Assembly: GCA_965603365.1 (NCBI GenBank)
Contig: CBFDCR010000008.1
Coordinates: 24,531 to 88,530 of the forward strand
Direction: 5' to 3'
DNA length: 64,000 nucleotides
From: an uncultured bacterium
Lineage (GTDB): Bacteria > Acidobacteriota > Aminicenantia > UBA2199
The position numbers and the translations under genes are program-made. Of the stretch, positions 19,272 to 27,944 are shown piece by piece (within the stretch, counting starts at the first letter, position 1; each line of letters opens with the position of its first letter). The notes beneath the pieces were generated by a model. The model was not told the origin of the DNA, did not search any database, and saw only the letters and a list, made by a program, of their open reading frames with translations.

Positions 19272-20999
19272 CTAAAACAAAGCAATGAGCGTCCCAATCA
19301 AAGCAATTATCGTCCCCACGATCCATTTCCAATTCTTTTTCAGGCCATAAGCGAAATTAACTTTTACATATATTTCTCTATCCATCACAGGGTAGCTCTT
19401 TACTTTTTCGCCATATTTATCAAGATATACTATCACTGAAATTGAAGGACAAATAACTCTTTTCCCGGATCTTAACGGTGTAATTTCCCACTCCCATTGA
19501 GTATACCCACTGGAGGCAATCAACTGTTTTTTTTCACTGAGAGGCTCAATTTTAAAGTCATCCACAGATAACTCCGCTTTCATTGTAGTACTTATTTTTA
19601 GTTTTTCTATCTTTGGTATTCCCCTTCCTTTCAACCCCTTAGTTAGATCCTCCTTCAAATCTTTTGAAATACGAACTTCCACTCTTTCAGTTTCCCCCAC
19701 CCGCATCTCTTCTGGAGGATTAAATAGGATCTGGCCTATTTCTAACTGATTCAGTTCATCATCAATGATCTTGTGTGCGTCAATTTTCATTCCCCCTGAT
19801 TTTACTTTCAGATATTCCCAAATTCCCGCGTTGCTTGCAAGGGTATCAACATCGACATCCATTGAAGTATCACGGCTTCGATGCTCATCATTTTTGATCT
19901 CAGTATTGATTGCTATTTCCTCCCCAATTATCACTCCTCCTCCAACCTTTCCTATTTTCACTTTCATTTTACTTCCTTTTTTTTCAGAACTGTTAGATTC
20001 GTTTTCATCATCTCCATTTTTTCTTATCAGTTTTACTGAAACCTGTCCGTCTTTGCATTTGTTGAGGGCTCTGTCGAATTCATGGCGGTCGTCAAAGTAG
20101 GTTCGCAGATATATGGTACCTTCGGCTTTTTGGACATCAAGTTGAAAGGCCGAATATCCAATATAATAAGATCTGCCTTTGTATAGACAGCCGCTCTGGA
20201 TCAATAGGGTTTGGTTGCCGAAGTTCTGGACCAGTTCCAGGTTGGGGTCGTGGAGGTGGCCACAGAAGATGAGATCGAATTCCCGGTAGAGCATTTTTTT
20301 GGCATCGCCGAGATCATATTCGCTGAGCCAGTCTAAGGCGTGATGAAACAGGGCAATCTTAATATTACAATCCTTGATGTCCTGGAAGGCATCATAAATC
20401 TGGCGTTCGCCGATTAAAAGTTTGCCGTTATCATAGCCGTCGGCTTTGCCGGTGGCCCGCCAACTGGAGTTCAGGCAGGCGATGCCGATTTTGGCGGAGT
20501 TTTTTTGGAGTATATGGGTGGAAAATAATTTGTTGGAAGTGATCGTGTGCGTTGAGTGAAATTGACTTTTAAAGGCGTTGAAGTGGTCCAATCTTTCGAT
20601 ATGGGGAAAATCTTTTTCGATCTCTTTGTCTAAGAAAGCATTCAGGGTCTCACGGTCGATCAGTGCCGTTCTTAGACCCTCTTCGGTGATGGAGTCGATT
20701 GCTTTCATCTGCATGTCGTGGTTGCCGGGGACGATGAAAAATTCGTTCCTGGTCAGCTTCGTTTTTTGCAATAGGGGATCGATAAAGACTTCGTAAGCTC
20801 TTTTAAAATCGTCTTCTTTGTCTCCTGCTTTGACCAGATCGCCGGTGAAGAGGATGAAGTCGATGTCCGGGAAGTGGTCCAGGTCTTTCCACAGGGCATT
20901 TAAGACGATTTCGGTGTCTTTGGGTTTTGAACTGTCGTAGTGCAAATCGGATAAGTGAAGCATATTTATAACGTCTAAATTGTTAGCTTCCTTTGCCAT
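19272..20999 (-). CDS. Calcineurin-like metallophosphoesterase (copy A) fused to a beta-rich domain and C-terminal TM helix
   Basis: LHLSDLH, TGDLV, PGNHD, LFHH, CGHLH motifs; C-terminal WKWIVGTIIALIGTLIALF; GAGGTG SD. Confidence 0.88.
   Translation of the reverse strand: MAKEANNLDVINMLHLSDLHYDSSKPKDTEIVLNALWKDLDHFPDIDFILFTGDLVKAGDKEDDFKRAYEVFIDPLLQKTKLTRNEFFIVPGNHDMQMKAIDSITEEGLRTALIDRETLNAFLDKEIEKDFPHIERLDHFNAFKSQFHSTHTITSNKLFSTHILQKNSAKIGIACLNSSWRATGKADGYDNGKLLIGERQIYDAFQDIKDCNIKIALFHHALDWLSEYDLGDAKKMLYREFDLIFCGHLHDPNLELVQNFGNQTLLIQSGCLYKGRSYYIGYSAFQLDVQKAEGTIYLRTYFDDRHEFDRALNKCKDGQVSVKLIRKNGDDENESNSSEKKGSKMKVKIGKVGGGVIIGEEIAINTEIKNDEHRSRDTSMDVDVDTLASNAGIWEYLKVKSGGMKIDAHKIIDDELNQLEIGQILFNPPEEMRVGETERVEVRISKDLKEDLTKGLKGRGIPKIEKLKISTTMKAELSVDDFKIEPLSEKKQLIASSGYTQWEWEITPLRSGKRVICPSISVIVYLDKYGEKVKSYPVMDREIYVKVNFAYGLKKNWKWIVGTIIALIGTLIALF
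19851..20815. repeat. Direct repeat copy 1 (965 bp), matching 28008-28972
   Basis: Line-by-line comparison at offset 8157 showed one mismatch (19899 C vs 28056 T, synonymous Glu). About 150 bp further upstream stays alignable but has many substitutions. Confidence 0.93.
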
Positions 21000-21315
21000 A
21001 CTTCACCTCTTACTTTAATAGTATATCTTTTCATTTTATTACATTTCGCCCTGTCTCACGTTAGAAGCAAGACAAAATTATACTACATAAATATTTTGAA
21101 AAAAAGGGTTGATTTAATACACAGTAATCATGCCAGTTAGCTTATCTTTATGCGAAGCATCTAAGTGTCAGGCAAGAAGGCTGCTCCTTGAAAAACCAGA
21201 ACTTCGCCCCAGATTCAACTTTTAAACATCTGCTTTAGCGATCCTTTTTTGAAGGATGCGCTGAGTCCCAGACTGAGTATGCCATCACTCCATTACTTAA
21301 AAAATAGAAGGACAT

Positions 21316-23778
21316 TTAATTTATGTCGAGTATTTGTCTGGTCACATCGTCTACGAAGGCTTTGAGTTTTGCTTCTTTTTCTTCTCTTTTCTTTTTTTCC
21401 TCTTTTTCTTTCTCTTCGTCTTTTTCCTTCTTTTCCGGTACTTCCCATTGATTTATGGCGTCCCATAGTGTGCTTTGAAGATCTTCATCGCCAGTTCGAT
21501 AAAGTTCGACAATCAATTTCTTTAATTCATTATTCACCTTATTCTTTGAAAGATTGTCAATTACCCATTTTTCCAGATTGTTGAACAGAATTTTTTTCAA
21601 CTCTTTACGATCGCTTAGCTGGAACTTTGAAAAGCACTTTTCATATAAACCCTTTAAAAATTGAACCATTTTTTCGTTTGCTTTATCGCCCATAGTTAAT
21701 GAATTCAATAAGACATTGGAACTAAGGGAATTTTGATCTTCGTCAGATAGGTGAATTATCTTTCTACTCTCTAGCACCTGGAGGATTCCATCGGAACCCA
21801 GAAAGAACAGTACCACGATAATTTTAGTGTCTCTATTGCCCTCTTTGATCCAGTTGCTCAGTTCCGAAATAACATCGATAGGATTGATCATGATACACAA
21901 AGCCACTATCGAATATCGAACATTGGACAATAAATAATTGGTTTCTTTATACAACATATCCAGATCTTGTAGGACATCCTCTTCACTTGCCCCCCTTCTA
22001 TAAAGGATATCCAGAATATTCTCGGTCTTAAGCATTCTTTTAATTATTTCTTCCTGGATCTTTCTTAATTCTTTCATGGCAATTTTCAGATCGCGAAGCC
22101 CTATTTGTTTATAGGCAGAGATGGCTGTCCATTGAACCTTTATATTGTCACTGAGCGCCATGTTTTTCAAAAAGCCCATGCAAAAATTTTTATAATTTTC
22201 GTCTTCACTAGATAAAATTCCTTCAAATAGGTAGCCTACGTTTGCCCTAAAAAAAGATTCTTCCATATGTGCCCAGCCTCTGATAAAATGGAGGGCAATA
22301 GACTCAAGGTCGAGTTCACCTATCCTACCGATACTGTATGCGGCCAATCTCCGTAGATCCGGTTGATACGGATTCTCAACATATTCTTGTAGATAAGGAA
22401 TAAGAGTGATAAGTATTCTCCGATTGTTCTTGAAGAGGGTATTCAACAAGATTTTTTGATACATAGGATCACAGAATTCGATTACATCCGCAGAAATGAG
22501 TGTATCTCTTGTTACCTGGGCTTTACATTTCGCGAGCAGATCGCTTTCGGAAAGGGTGAAGGAGAATTCTTTATTGGGACTATAGGGAGTTATTGCTCTC
22601 AACAATTTTTTGGTGATTGCTTTATGGATTTGCTCGAAATCAAAATAAGGGACTCCGTTTATAAGAGCCAAAAATAAGGCAAATGTCCATGCCTCAAACT
22701 CTTTATTATTTTCCCCCAACTCTTTCAGGAACCAGTGCTCAACCCGTTTTTCAATACTGTTTACTTCCACGATAGCTTCATCTACCGTTTTCCCCCCTGC
22801 CAATATTTTTTCCAGATAGTTCTCAATAAACAGTGAAATCTTTGACATCCGATTAAATTTTTTAAGTATTTCAGGTAGCCTCTTTTTTAAGATGTCGGGG
22901 GCATTATTTGGATCTATTTGCCGTGAAGAGCAGAAATGTTCGAGTTTCAACTTAAAACCTTCTTTAATCAGATTATCATCGATTAGAGTCACTTCTGCCT
23001 TTATATCAAGACCGGAGACCTGGAATTCATCAAATGTATCATAATCGGCAGTAAACAAGATATATGCGTCCAGTTCCTTGAGCTTCTCTGAAAAAAATTT
23101 TGTCTGCTCCCTGGTATAAGAGGCAAAAAAATCTTGAAGCTTCAGATTGTTTCCTGAAAAGACATCCTTGAATATCAAAATTTTATTAGCCAAAACTTTA
23201 GGGTCATTGATTAAATCAAAAAGGTCAATAATTAATTCTTTAGCAACGGGCTTAACCAGTCGTACCTCATAATCTTTTTTATTTTCTTTCATGATCCGAG
23301 TTGAGAGGTACTTCGCCATAAAACATTTACCCGATTCCGGTTCTCCCACCAGGAGCAAAATCCTATTTAAGATAAGGGAAGCAAACAATTCATCGATTTT
23401 GTCAGGAGGATAGACAAAAGTCTGATAAATCTCTTCAAGAGAGTCCCCCGATATCCGAATCGTATTCGAGATCGAGAATTTTTTTATGCAAAAATTTACA
23501 CCATCTACTCCCCCTATTGCAGTTATATTATTAATATTATTTTTTGTTTCATAATTGATCTGTTGCGCTATAGTTGTATCTCTTCCTACTTGTCCGACGC
23601 CTACATCAAAGCCTGATTGACTCGATTGTTTTTCATCTCCGGCTGAACTAACCGTATCGGTCTTCTCTGTTTCTTTCGCCTCAGACGATTGTCGCGGCGG
23701 TTCAACTCTTTCTTCCTGGACATCCGGGTCACAACTTTCTGGATTTTCGGTGCCTTGTTTATCTTGCTCTTTTGACAT
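21316..23778 (-). CDS. P-loop NTPase (STAND/NLR-like) with disordered N-terminus and C-terminal ARM/HEAT-like repeats
   Basis: Walker A LLVGEPESGKC and Walker B-like ILIFKD. Helical repeats such as RRLAAYSIGRIGE, RANVGYLF and VQWTAISAYKQIG. Charged tail. Confidence 0.7.
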   Translation of the reverse strand: MSKEQDKQGTENPESCDPDVQEERVEPPRQSSEAKETEKTDTVSSAGDEKQSSQSGFDVGVGQVGRDTTIAQQINYETKNNINNITAIGGVDGVNFCIKKFSISNTIRISGDSLEEIYQTFVYPPDKIDELFASLILNRILLLVGEPESGKCFMAKYLSTRIMKENKKDYEVRLVKPVAKELIIDLFDLINDPKVLANKILIFKDVFSGNNLKLQDFFASYTREQTKFFSEKLKELDAYILFTADYDTFDEFQVSGLDIKAEVTLIDDNLIKEGFKLKLEHFCSSRQIDPNNAPDILKKRLPEILKKFNRMSKISLFIENYLEKILAGGKTVDEAIVEVNSIEKRVEHWFLKELGENNKEFEAWTFALFLALINGVPYFDFEQIHKAITKKLLRAITPYSPNKEFSFTLSESDLLAKCKAQVTRDTLISADVIEFCDPMYQKILLNTLFKNNRRILITLIPYLQEYVENPYQPDLRRLAAYSIGRIGELDLESIALHFIRGWAHMEESFFRANVGYLFEGILSSEDENYKNFCMGFLKNMALSDNIKVQWTAISAYKQIGLRDLKIAMKELRKIQEEIIKRMLKTENILDILYRRGASEEDVLQDLDMLYKETNYLLSNVRYSIVALCIMINPIDVISELSNWIKEGNRDTKIIVVLFFLGSDGILQVLESRKIIHLSDEDQNSLSSNVLLNSLTMGDKANEKMVQFLKGLYEKCFSKFQLSDRKELKKILFNNLEKWVIDNLSKNKVNNELKKLIVELYRTGDEDLQSTLWDAINQWEVPEKKEKDEEKEKEEKKKREEKEAKLKAFVDDVTRQILDIN

Positions 23779-23796
23779 CTTAGATCCCTCCCTATT

Positions 23797-25005
23797 TTAC
23801 TGTGCAGCTTCGAATTCGGTTTTGACATCTTCTAGTATCGTTCTAAATCTTTTAATTCGTTCTATGCGATCTAGAGTAAAAATTTTTCGATGTTCCACTG
23901 TGTACCTTTCCAGTCGCTTAAGTTGCTGCTCAATCACTTCGAAATCTGCTTTTTCCTCACGATATGTTTCACCCATAATCTGAGTTACAATGGCGAGCAT
24001 TTCCCTTTTATCTTCATTGTTGCATCCAGAGTTTCTAATATCGTTCATAATTCCCATAAGAATCTTTCTAAGATCCCCCGAAGATCCTGATTCGCCGATA
24101 TCCAAATTCTTTTGCATTTCATCAACTATTGGAATACTTCGAGGATTGCCCAGGTTTTGGGGGGTGGAGAAATGCTCCCGCACCACTCCCATAAAAGCAT
24201 CCATAGATTTTGTAAATTTTTCAGGATTATCAACATTTTTAGCCAGTTGTTCTACGGCAACGGGGAATTGTTCGTATGTTTTATTTATCGCTTCTGAGGC
24301 ACTCTCCATTCTCTTAAGCATCAACTCATGAGCTTTGGCTTCTAACTCTTCTTCTCTTTTTGCCTTTGCCTTCTCTTTATTTAAGGCATCTAGCGCCTTT
24401 TCGACATCATGCTTATCGCCCGCCTTGTCCAACTCCAGGTCGCCTTCTGAAAGGGTATGGTGCATGACAATCTTTTCAATACTTATTCCATAGTTATCTG
24501 CAATGTGTCGAATACTTTTTAAAGATTTCTCAGACAAAATGATATCTTCGATTTCGTCGAAACGGGATTTCACATCATCGATTGTAATCTTGCTCTTCTT
24601 GATATTGACCCTGAACTGACTCTCCATTTCATTCCAGATGAGTCGCAGGGGATCATCCCGAAACCGGACAGCTAAGGGTCCTGGATTGGATACCTGGAAG
24701 TAGACTCTACAACTAAGGGTAAAATTCTTGTGCTGGGTCGGTAACATAAAGGTGGAACTTCTATCAAAGCTGAGGTTGGGATTGGCATTTACCGCATAGG
24801 CAACATAATTGCGGTTTAGAGAGAGAAACCCGGTTTTTATGGGTTTGCCATCCTCACCTTTTGACGGCTTACCGTCCTCATTTAGAATTTTATAAAGGGT
24901 CTTTGAGTCCTTTTTTTCCTTAAAAATAACAACTCTATAACCCTGCCTCGGTACAGGGGCGACATTGGGTTTTAAAACCCCAAAAGATTCGGTTAAATTT
25001 TCCAT
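23797..25005 (-). CDS. SPFH/band-7-like protein with coiled coil, no TM
   Basis: FTLSCRVYFQVSNP, DDPLRLIW and NYGISIEKIV match the SPFH core; followed by an Ala/Glu/Lys coiled coil. Confidence 0.6.
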   Translation of the reverse strand: MENLTESFGVLKPNVAPVPRQGYRVVIFKEKKDSKTLYKILNEDGKPSKGEDGKPIKTGFLSLNRNYVAYAVNANPNLSFDRSSTFMLPTQHKNFTLSCRVYFQVSNPGPLAVRFRDDPLRLIWNEMESQFRVNIKKSKITIDDVKSRFDEIEDIILSEKSLKSIRHIADNYGISIEKIVMHHTLSEGDLELDKAGDKHDVEKALDALNKEKAKAKREEELEAKAHELMLKRMESASEAINKTYEQFPVAVEQLAKNVDNPEKFTKSMDAFMGVVREHFSTPQNLGNPRSIPIVDEMQKNLDIGESGSSGDLRKILMGIMNDIRNSGCNNEDKREMLAIVTQIMGETYREEKADFEVIEQQLKRLERYTVEHRKIFTLDRIERIKRFRTILEDVKTEFEAAQ

Positions 25006-25006
25006 T

Positions 25007-25990
25007 TTACTTCTCCTTATTTTTGTTCTTTCTTGCTATATCTTCAATTATTTTTTTAATTTGACTGGCGATGTCTTTTAAATGATTTAATTTAACCTTG
25101 AGATCTATTTTAAGTAATTGTTTCGCCGCGTGGTCCCAATAGTTAACATATTTTTTGTCTATTTCGGGAAAATGACCTTTACCTCTCGACTTTGTATTTT
25201 GCGAGGATTGAGTGGTTTCCCTTGACACAAAGAAAAACAAATTTCTATCGCTGATCTGGAGTTCAAATTCCTCAAGCAACCTTTCGGCCAGGGTCAGGTA
25301 ATAACTATCGATCAAGCTTTTGAGCTTGTCTATCATGGAAAAGTCTGTATTTTTGTCCCTCTCCTCAGCATGGAATTTTACAGCGTGTATTTGTTCCAGA
25401 ACATTCGCCAGTTTCTCTACCTTTTTTTTCAATTGCTCAAACTTTACGGTATCCATCTCTCGATGGAATAATTTTTCTATTTCCTGGCGGCAGATGAATA
25501 AGTTCAACTCTGCCTTATGGGTTTGTCTTTTTTCGAGATATCCCCGACTGCTTTCCTGCAAATCGGCGATTACTTTTTGGGTTGTTGTATCAACAAATAG
25601 AGGTGCCCCGGTAAGCTCGTTCAGTTCATCAATCAATTCTTGTACTGCGTCATACCGCTTGATCATCGGTAAAGTCATTTCCAAATCTTTGATGATGATT
25701 TCCGCTTCCCTGATTTTTTTTACTGCTTTTTTGAATTCTACCCTTTCGACGTTTCGCAGTATCTCACCAAGGATATCGTCAAAACGGATCAATTCCTGGA
25801 GGCGAAAACGGCGTAAACACTCCCTCTCGCCGCTAAATTGAGCAGATCGGGTGGACAGGTTATCGATTTCTTGAGTCAACAGGTATGATACCCGGCTATC
25901 GTTATACCAGCCGTTTTGCCAGCGCCACAAAGTTTTTTCAAGGATAAAATCGGTTTTACTTCTAGAATGTCTGTGCTGCCGATTCATCAT
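25007..25990 (-). CDS. Hypothetical alpha-helical protein
   Basis: 327-aa ORF overlapping the MotB-like gene by 29 bp; ends 1 bp before the SPFH gene start. Confidence 0.75.
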   Translation of the reverse strand: MMNRQHRHSRSKTDFILEKTLWRWQNGWYNDSRVSYLLTQEIDNLSTRSAQFSGERECLRRFRLQELIRFDDILGEILRNVERVEFKKAVKKIREAEIIIKDLEMTLPMIKRYDAVQELIDELNELTGAPLFVDTTTQKVIADLQESSRGYLEKRQTHKAELNLFICRQEIEKLFHREMDTVKFEQLKKKVEKLANVLEQIHAVKFHAEERDKNTDFSMIDKLKSLIDSYYLTLAERLLEEFELQISDRNLFFFVSRETTQSSQNTKSRGKGHFPEIDKKYVNYWDHAAKQLLKIDLKVKLNHLKDIASQIKKIIEDIARKNKNKEK

Positions 25991-26678
25991 GGTTCTCTTT
26001 CATCTCTTTTTCGAGATCACTGAAATATACCACCCGGATCTCGATTCGTCGATTCAATGCCCTACCTTCTGTTGTGTCATTCGATGCTACAGGCTTTTGG
26101 TCGGCATAGCCATTGGCCGAGAAAAGACTACTTTCCAGATGAACAAATTCTTCTTCAATAAACCAATGGAAAAACTTCACCACATTGATGGCCCTTTGGG
26201 CGGACAGTTCCCAATTGGAGGCAAACTCCTCTCTCAGGCGACCGGAAATCTGCACATTGTCGGTATGACCTTCCACCTGGATTTGTTTGAATTTTGCCTT
26301 TTCTTCAGCCCAATCAAAAATGAGTATCAGGCTGGCAAGCAGATGTTTGCCGCGTTTTAAGAGTTTTGCATCTCCCGATTTAAACAGTATTTCGCTGCTG
26401 AAGGTAATCTGCTGCAAATTGCCGTGTGTTACGATTTTGATTGTTCCCTCTTTTATTTCAGCCGCGAATGCCCGGGTAAGTTCTTCAACGAATTCTTCCT
26501 GGCAGGATCTCACCCGCAGCATCTCAAACGCTTCGGTATTTAAAATGAGCCTCAAGAAGGCAATGAGAAAAAATATCATCAAAATTGAAACAAACACATC
26601 GATAAATCCAGGCCAGAAATTTACGCCTCTGTCTGGAGAAGACGTATTGGTCTTATCTTTTATAAATTCCATCAGCAT
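25962..26678 (-). CDS. MotB/ZorB-like protein (TM with conserved Asp plus OmpA-like peptidoglycan-binding domain)
   Basis: FWPGFIDVFVSILMIFF TM; IQVEGHTD, NWELSAQRA and NRRIEI OmpA motifs. Confidence 0.88.
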   Translation of the reverse strand: MLMEFIKDKTNTSSPDRGVNFWPGFIDVFVSILMIFFLIAFLRLILNTEAFEMLRVRSCQEEFVEELTRAFAAEIKEGTIKIVTHGNLQQITFSSEILFKSGDAKLLKRGKHLLASLILIFDWAEEKAKFKQIQVEGHTDNVQISGRLREEFASNWELSAQRAINVVKFFHWFIEEEFVHLESSLFSANGYADQKPVASNDTTEGRALNRRIEIRVVYFSDLEKEMKENHDESAAQTF

Positions 26679-27943
26679 CCTACCAATAAGATAATCAAAA
26701 AAATAATCGCCAATGCTGCGGTGGCGGCGATGTATTTATTATTAAATAAGGAACTCAAGGAGGGTACAATTACTACCAATCCCTTTTCCTTGATTCTCAT
26801 GATCCGGTTGACCTCTTTAGAAAAGGTCTCCTGCTGCTTTCTCATCACGTCTATAAGGGAATTGATTTCCTCTTTCGCTACTTTACCCTGTCCTTTCATA
26901 GCTTCTACCATCTTCGGCCACTGATCCACGATGCCTATAATCGATTCATTGGTCTTTTTGAGCAGCGTGAGCACCCCTTCAAAATTTCGCGATGCTTCTC
27001 TCTTGGTGATATCCCGTACTTCATCCACGATGGTCTTAAAAGAGCCTTGAATGGTACTTAAATTTTCGATAGTATCCTTGTTCTGGGTTATAATGAACTC
27101 TAAGTTATCGAATGAATCTTGGAGATGTATAGCAATATTCTCCAGGGGATGCTCGCTCTGGACAGGCGGAACTGTTACCGGGATTAACTTTTCAACGGTG
27201 AAGTTCTCCAGTTTATGCAAGAAAGCGGTTTGGTTCCGCTGAATACGAAAGTTCAGATATATACATATTATGGTGGTTAATATTCCCACGATACTGGTGG
27301 AAAAGGCGGTTTTTATTCCCTGAAAAACGGTTTCCATGTTGGCGATTGAAGACTTTAAACCGGAAATAGAAAATGTGAGAGCATTGGGGTTGGGCAGCAG
27401 CATACTGATTTTCGTAACCATAAAGGCCAGGCCGATAAAGGTGCCAAATAGACCCAATATCATGGCCAAATCCCTGGAGAATCCCGGAAGAGTAACCCCC
27501 AGCCTCGATGCTTCAGAAGTCAGGGCATCTTGTTGTAGAAAGTCGGCACTAATTTTGACCCGGTATTTTCGCAATCTCTCAATGGTGTCCAGCCTTTTAT
27601 AGATAATACTCTTTCGCGTCACTCCTTCCTGGAGGTCTCTAATATTCATCAACAGGTCAGGGATCTCCTCTTTTCTTCCATCCTCCTTCGCTTCTTCGGT
27701 ATTGACGGATTCTAATGGTGCTCTCAGACGGGAAAGTTTTTCATCGACTTTACGCTCTACCTTTTTTAGTGTACGTTTCTCACGCTTTCTATACCGCTTG
27801 ATCGTGTGCCGACTGACCAATAAGGTGACAAATAACAGAAGAAAAATCACCGAGTTAATGGCAATGCAAAACTCGTTGGGGAACAGAAATTGCCGTAAAT
27901 CATTTAAAATGGGCAGAATGAAAGTTATTATCTCGTTTTCCAT
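26672..27943 (-). CDS. MotA/TolQ/ExbB (ZorA-like) channel protein with helical tail and extra C-terminal hydrophobic helix
   Basis: TM1, then ILGLFGTFIGL and GIKTAFSTSIVG motifs. Start at ATG 27943 after GGAGAGG, 1 bp after the MPE stop. Confidence 0.85.
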   Translation of the reverse strand: MENEIITFILPILNDLRQFLFPNEFCIAINSVIFLLLFVTLLVSRHTIKRYRKREKRTLKKVERKVDEKLSRLRAPLESVNTEEAKEDGRKEEIPDLLMNIRDLQEGVTRKSIIYKRLDTIERLRKYRVKISADFLQQDALTSEASRLGVTLPGFSRDLAMILGLFGTFIGLAFMVTKISMLLPNPNALTFSISGLKSSIANMETVFQGIKTAFSTSIVGILTTIICIYLNFRIQRNQTAFLHKLENFTVEKLIPVTVPPVQSEHPLENIAIHLQDSFDNLEFIITQNKDTIENLSTIQGSFKTIVDEVRDITKREASRNFEGVLTLLKKTNESIIGIVDQWPKMVEAMKGQGKVAKEEINSLIDVMRKQQETFSKEVNRIMRIKEKGLVVIVPSLSSLFNNKYIAATAALAIIFLIILLVGC

Positions 27944-27944
27944 T

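Noticed and set aside
25962-27943. Flagellar stator MotAB or TonB/Tol energiser
   Set aside because: No flagellar, TonB or tol-pal genes nearby; ExbD/TolR lack an OmpA domain; the long tail and operon context fit a ZorAB-like pair better.
21316-27943. Canonical Zorya type I/II/III call
   Set aside because: No SF2 helicase, HNH or other ZorC-G-like motif was recognised, so no zor gene symbols were assigned.
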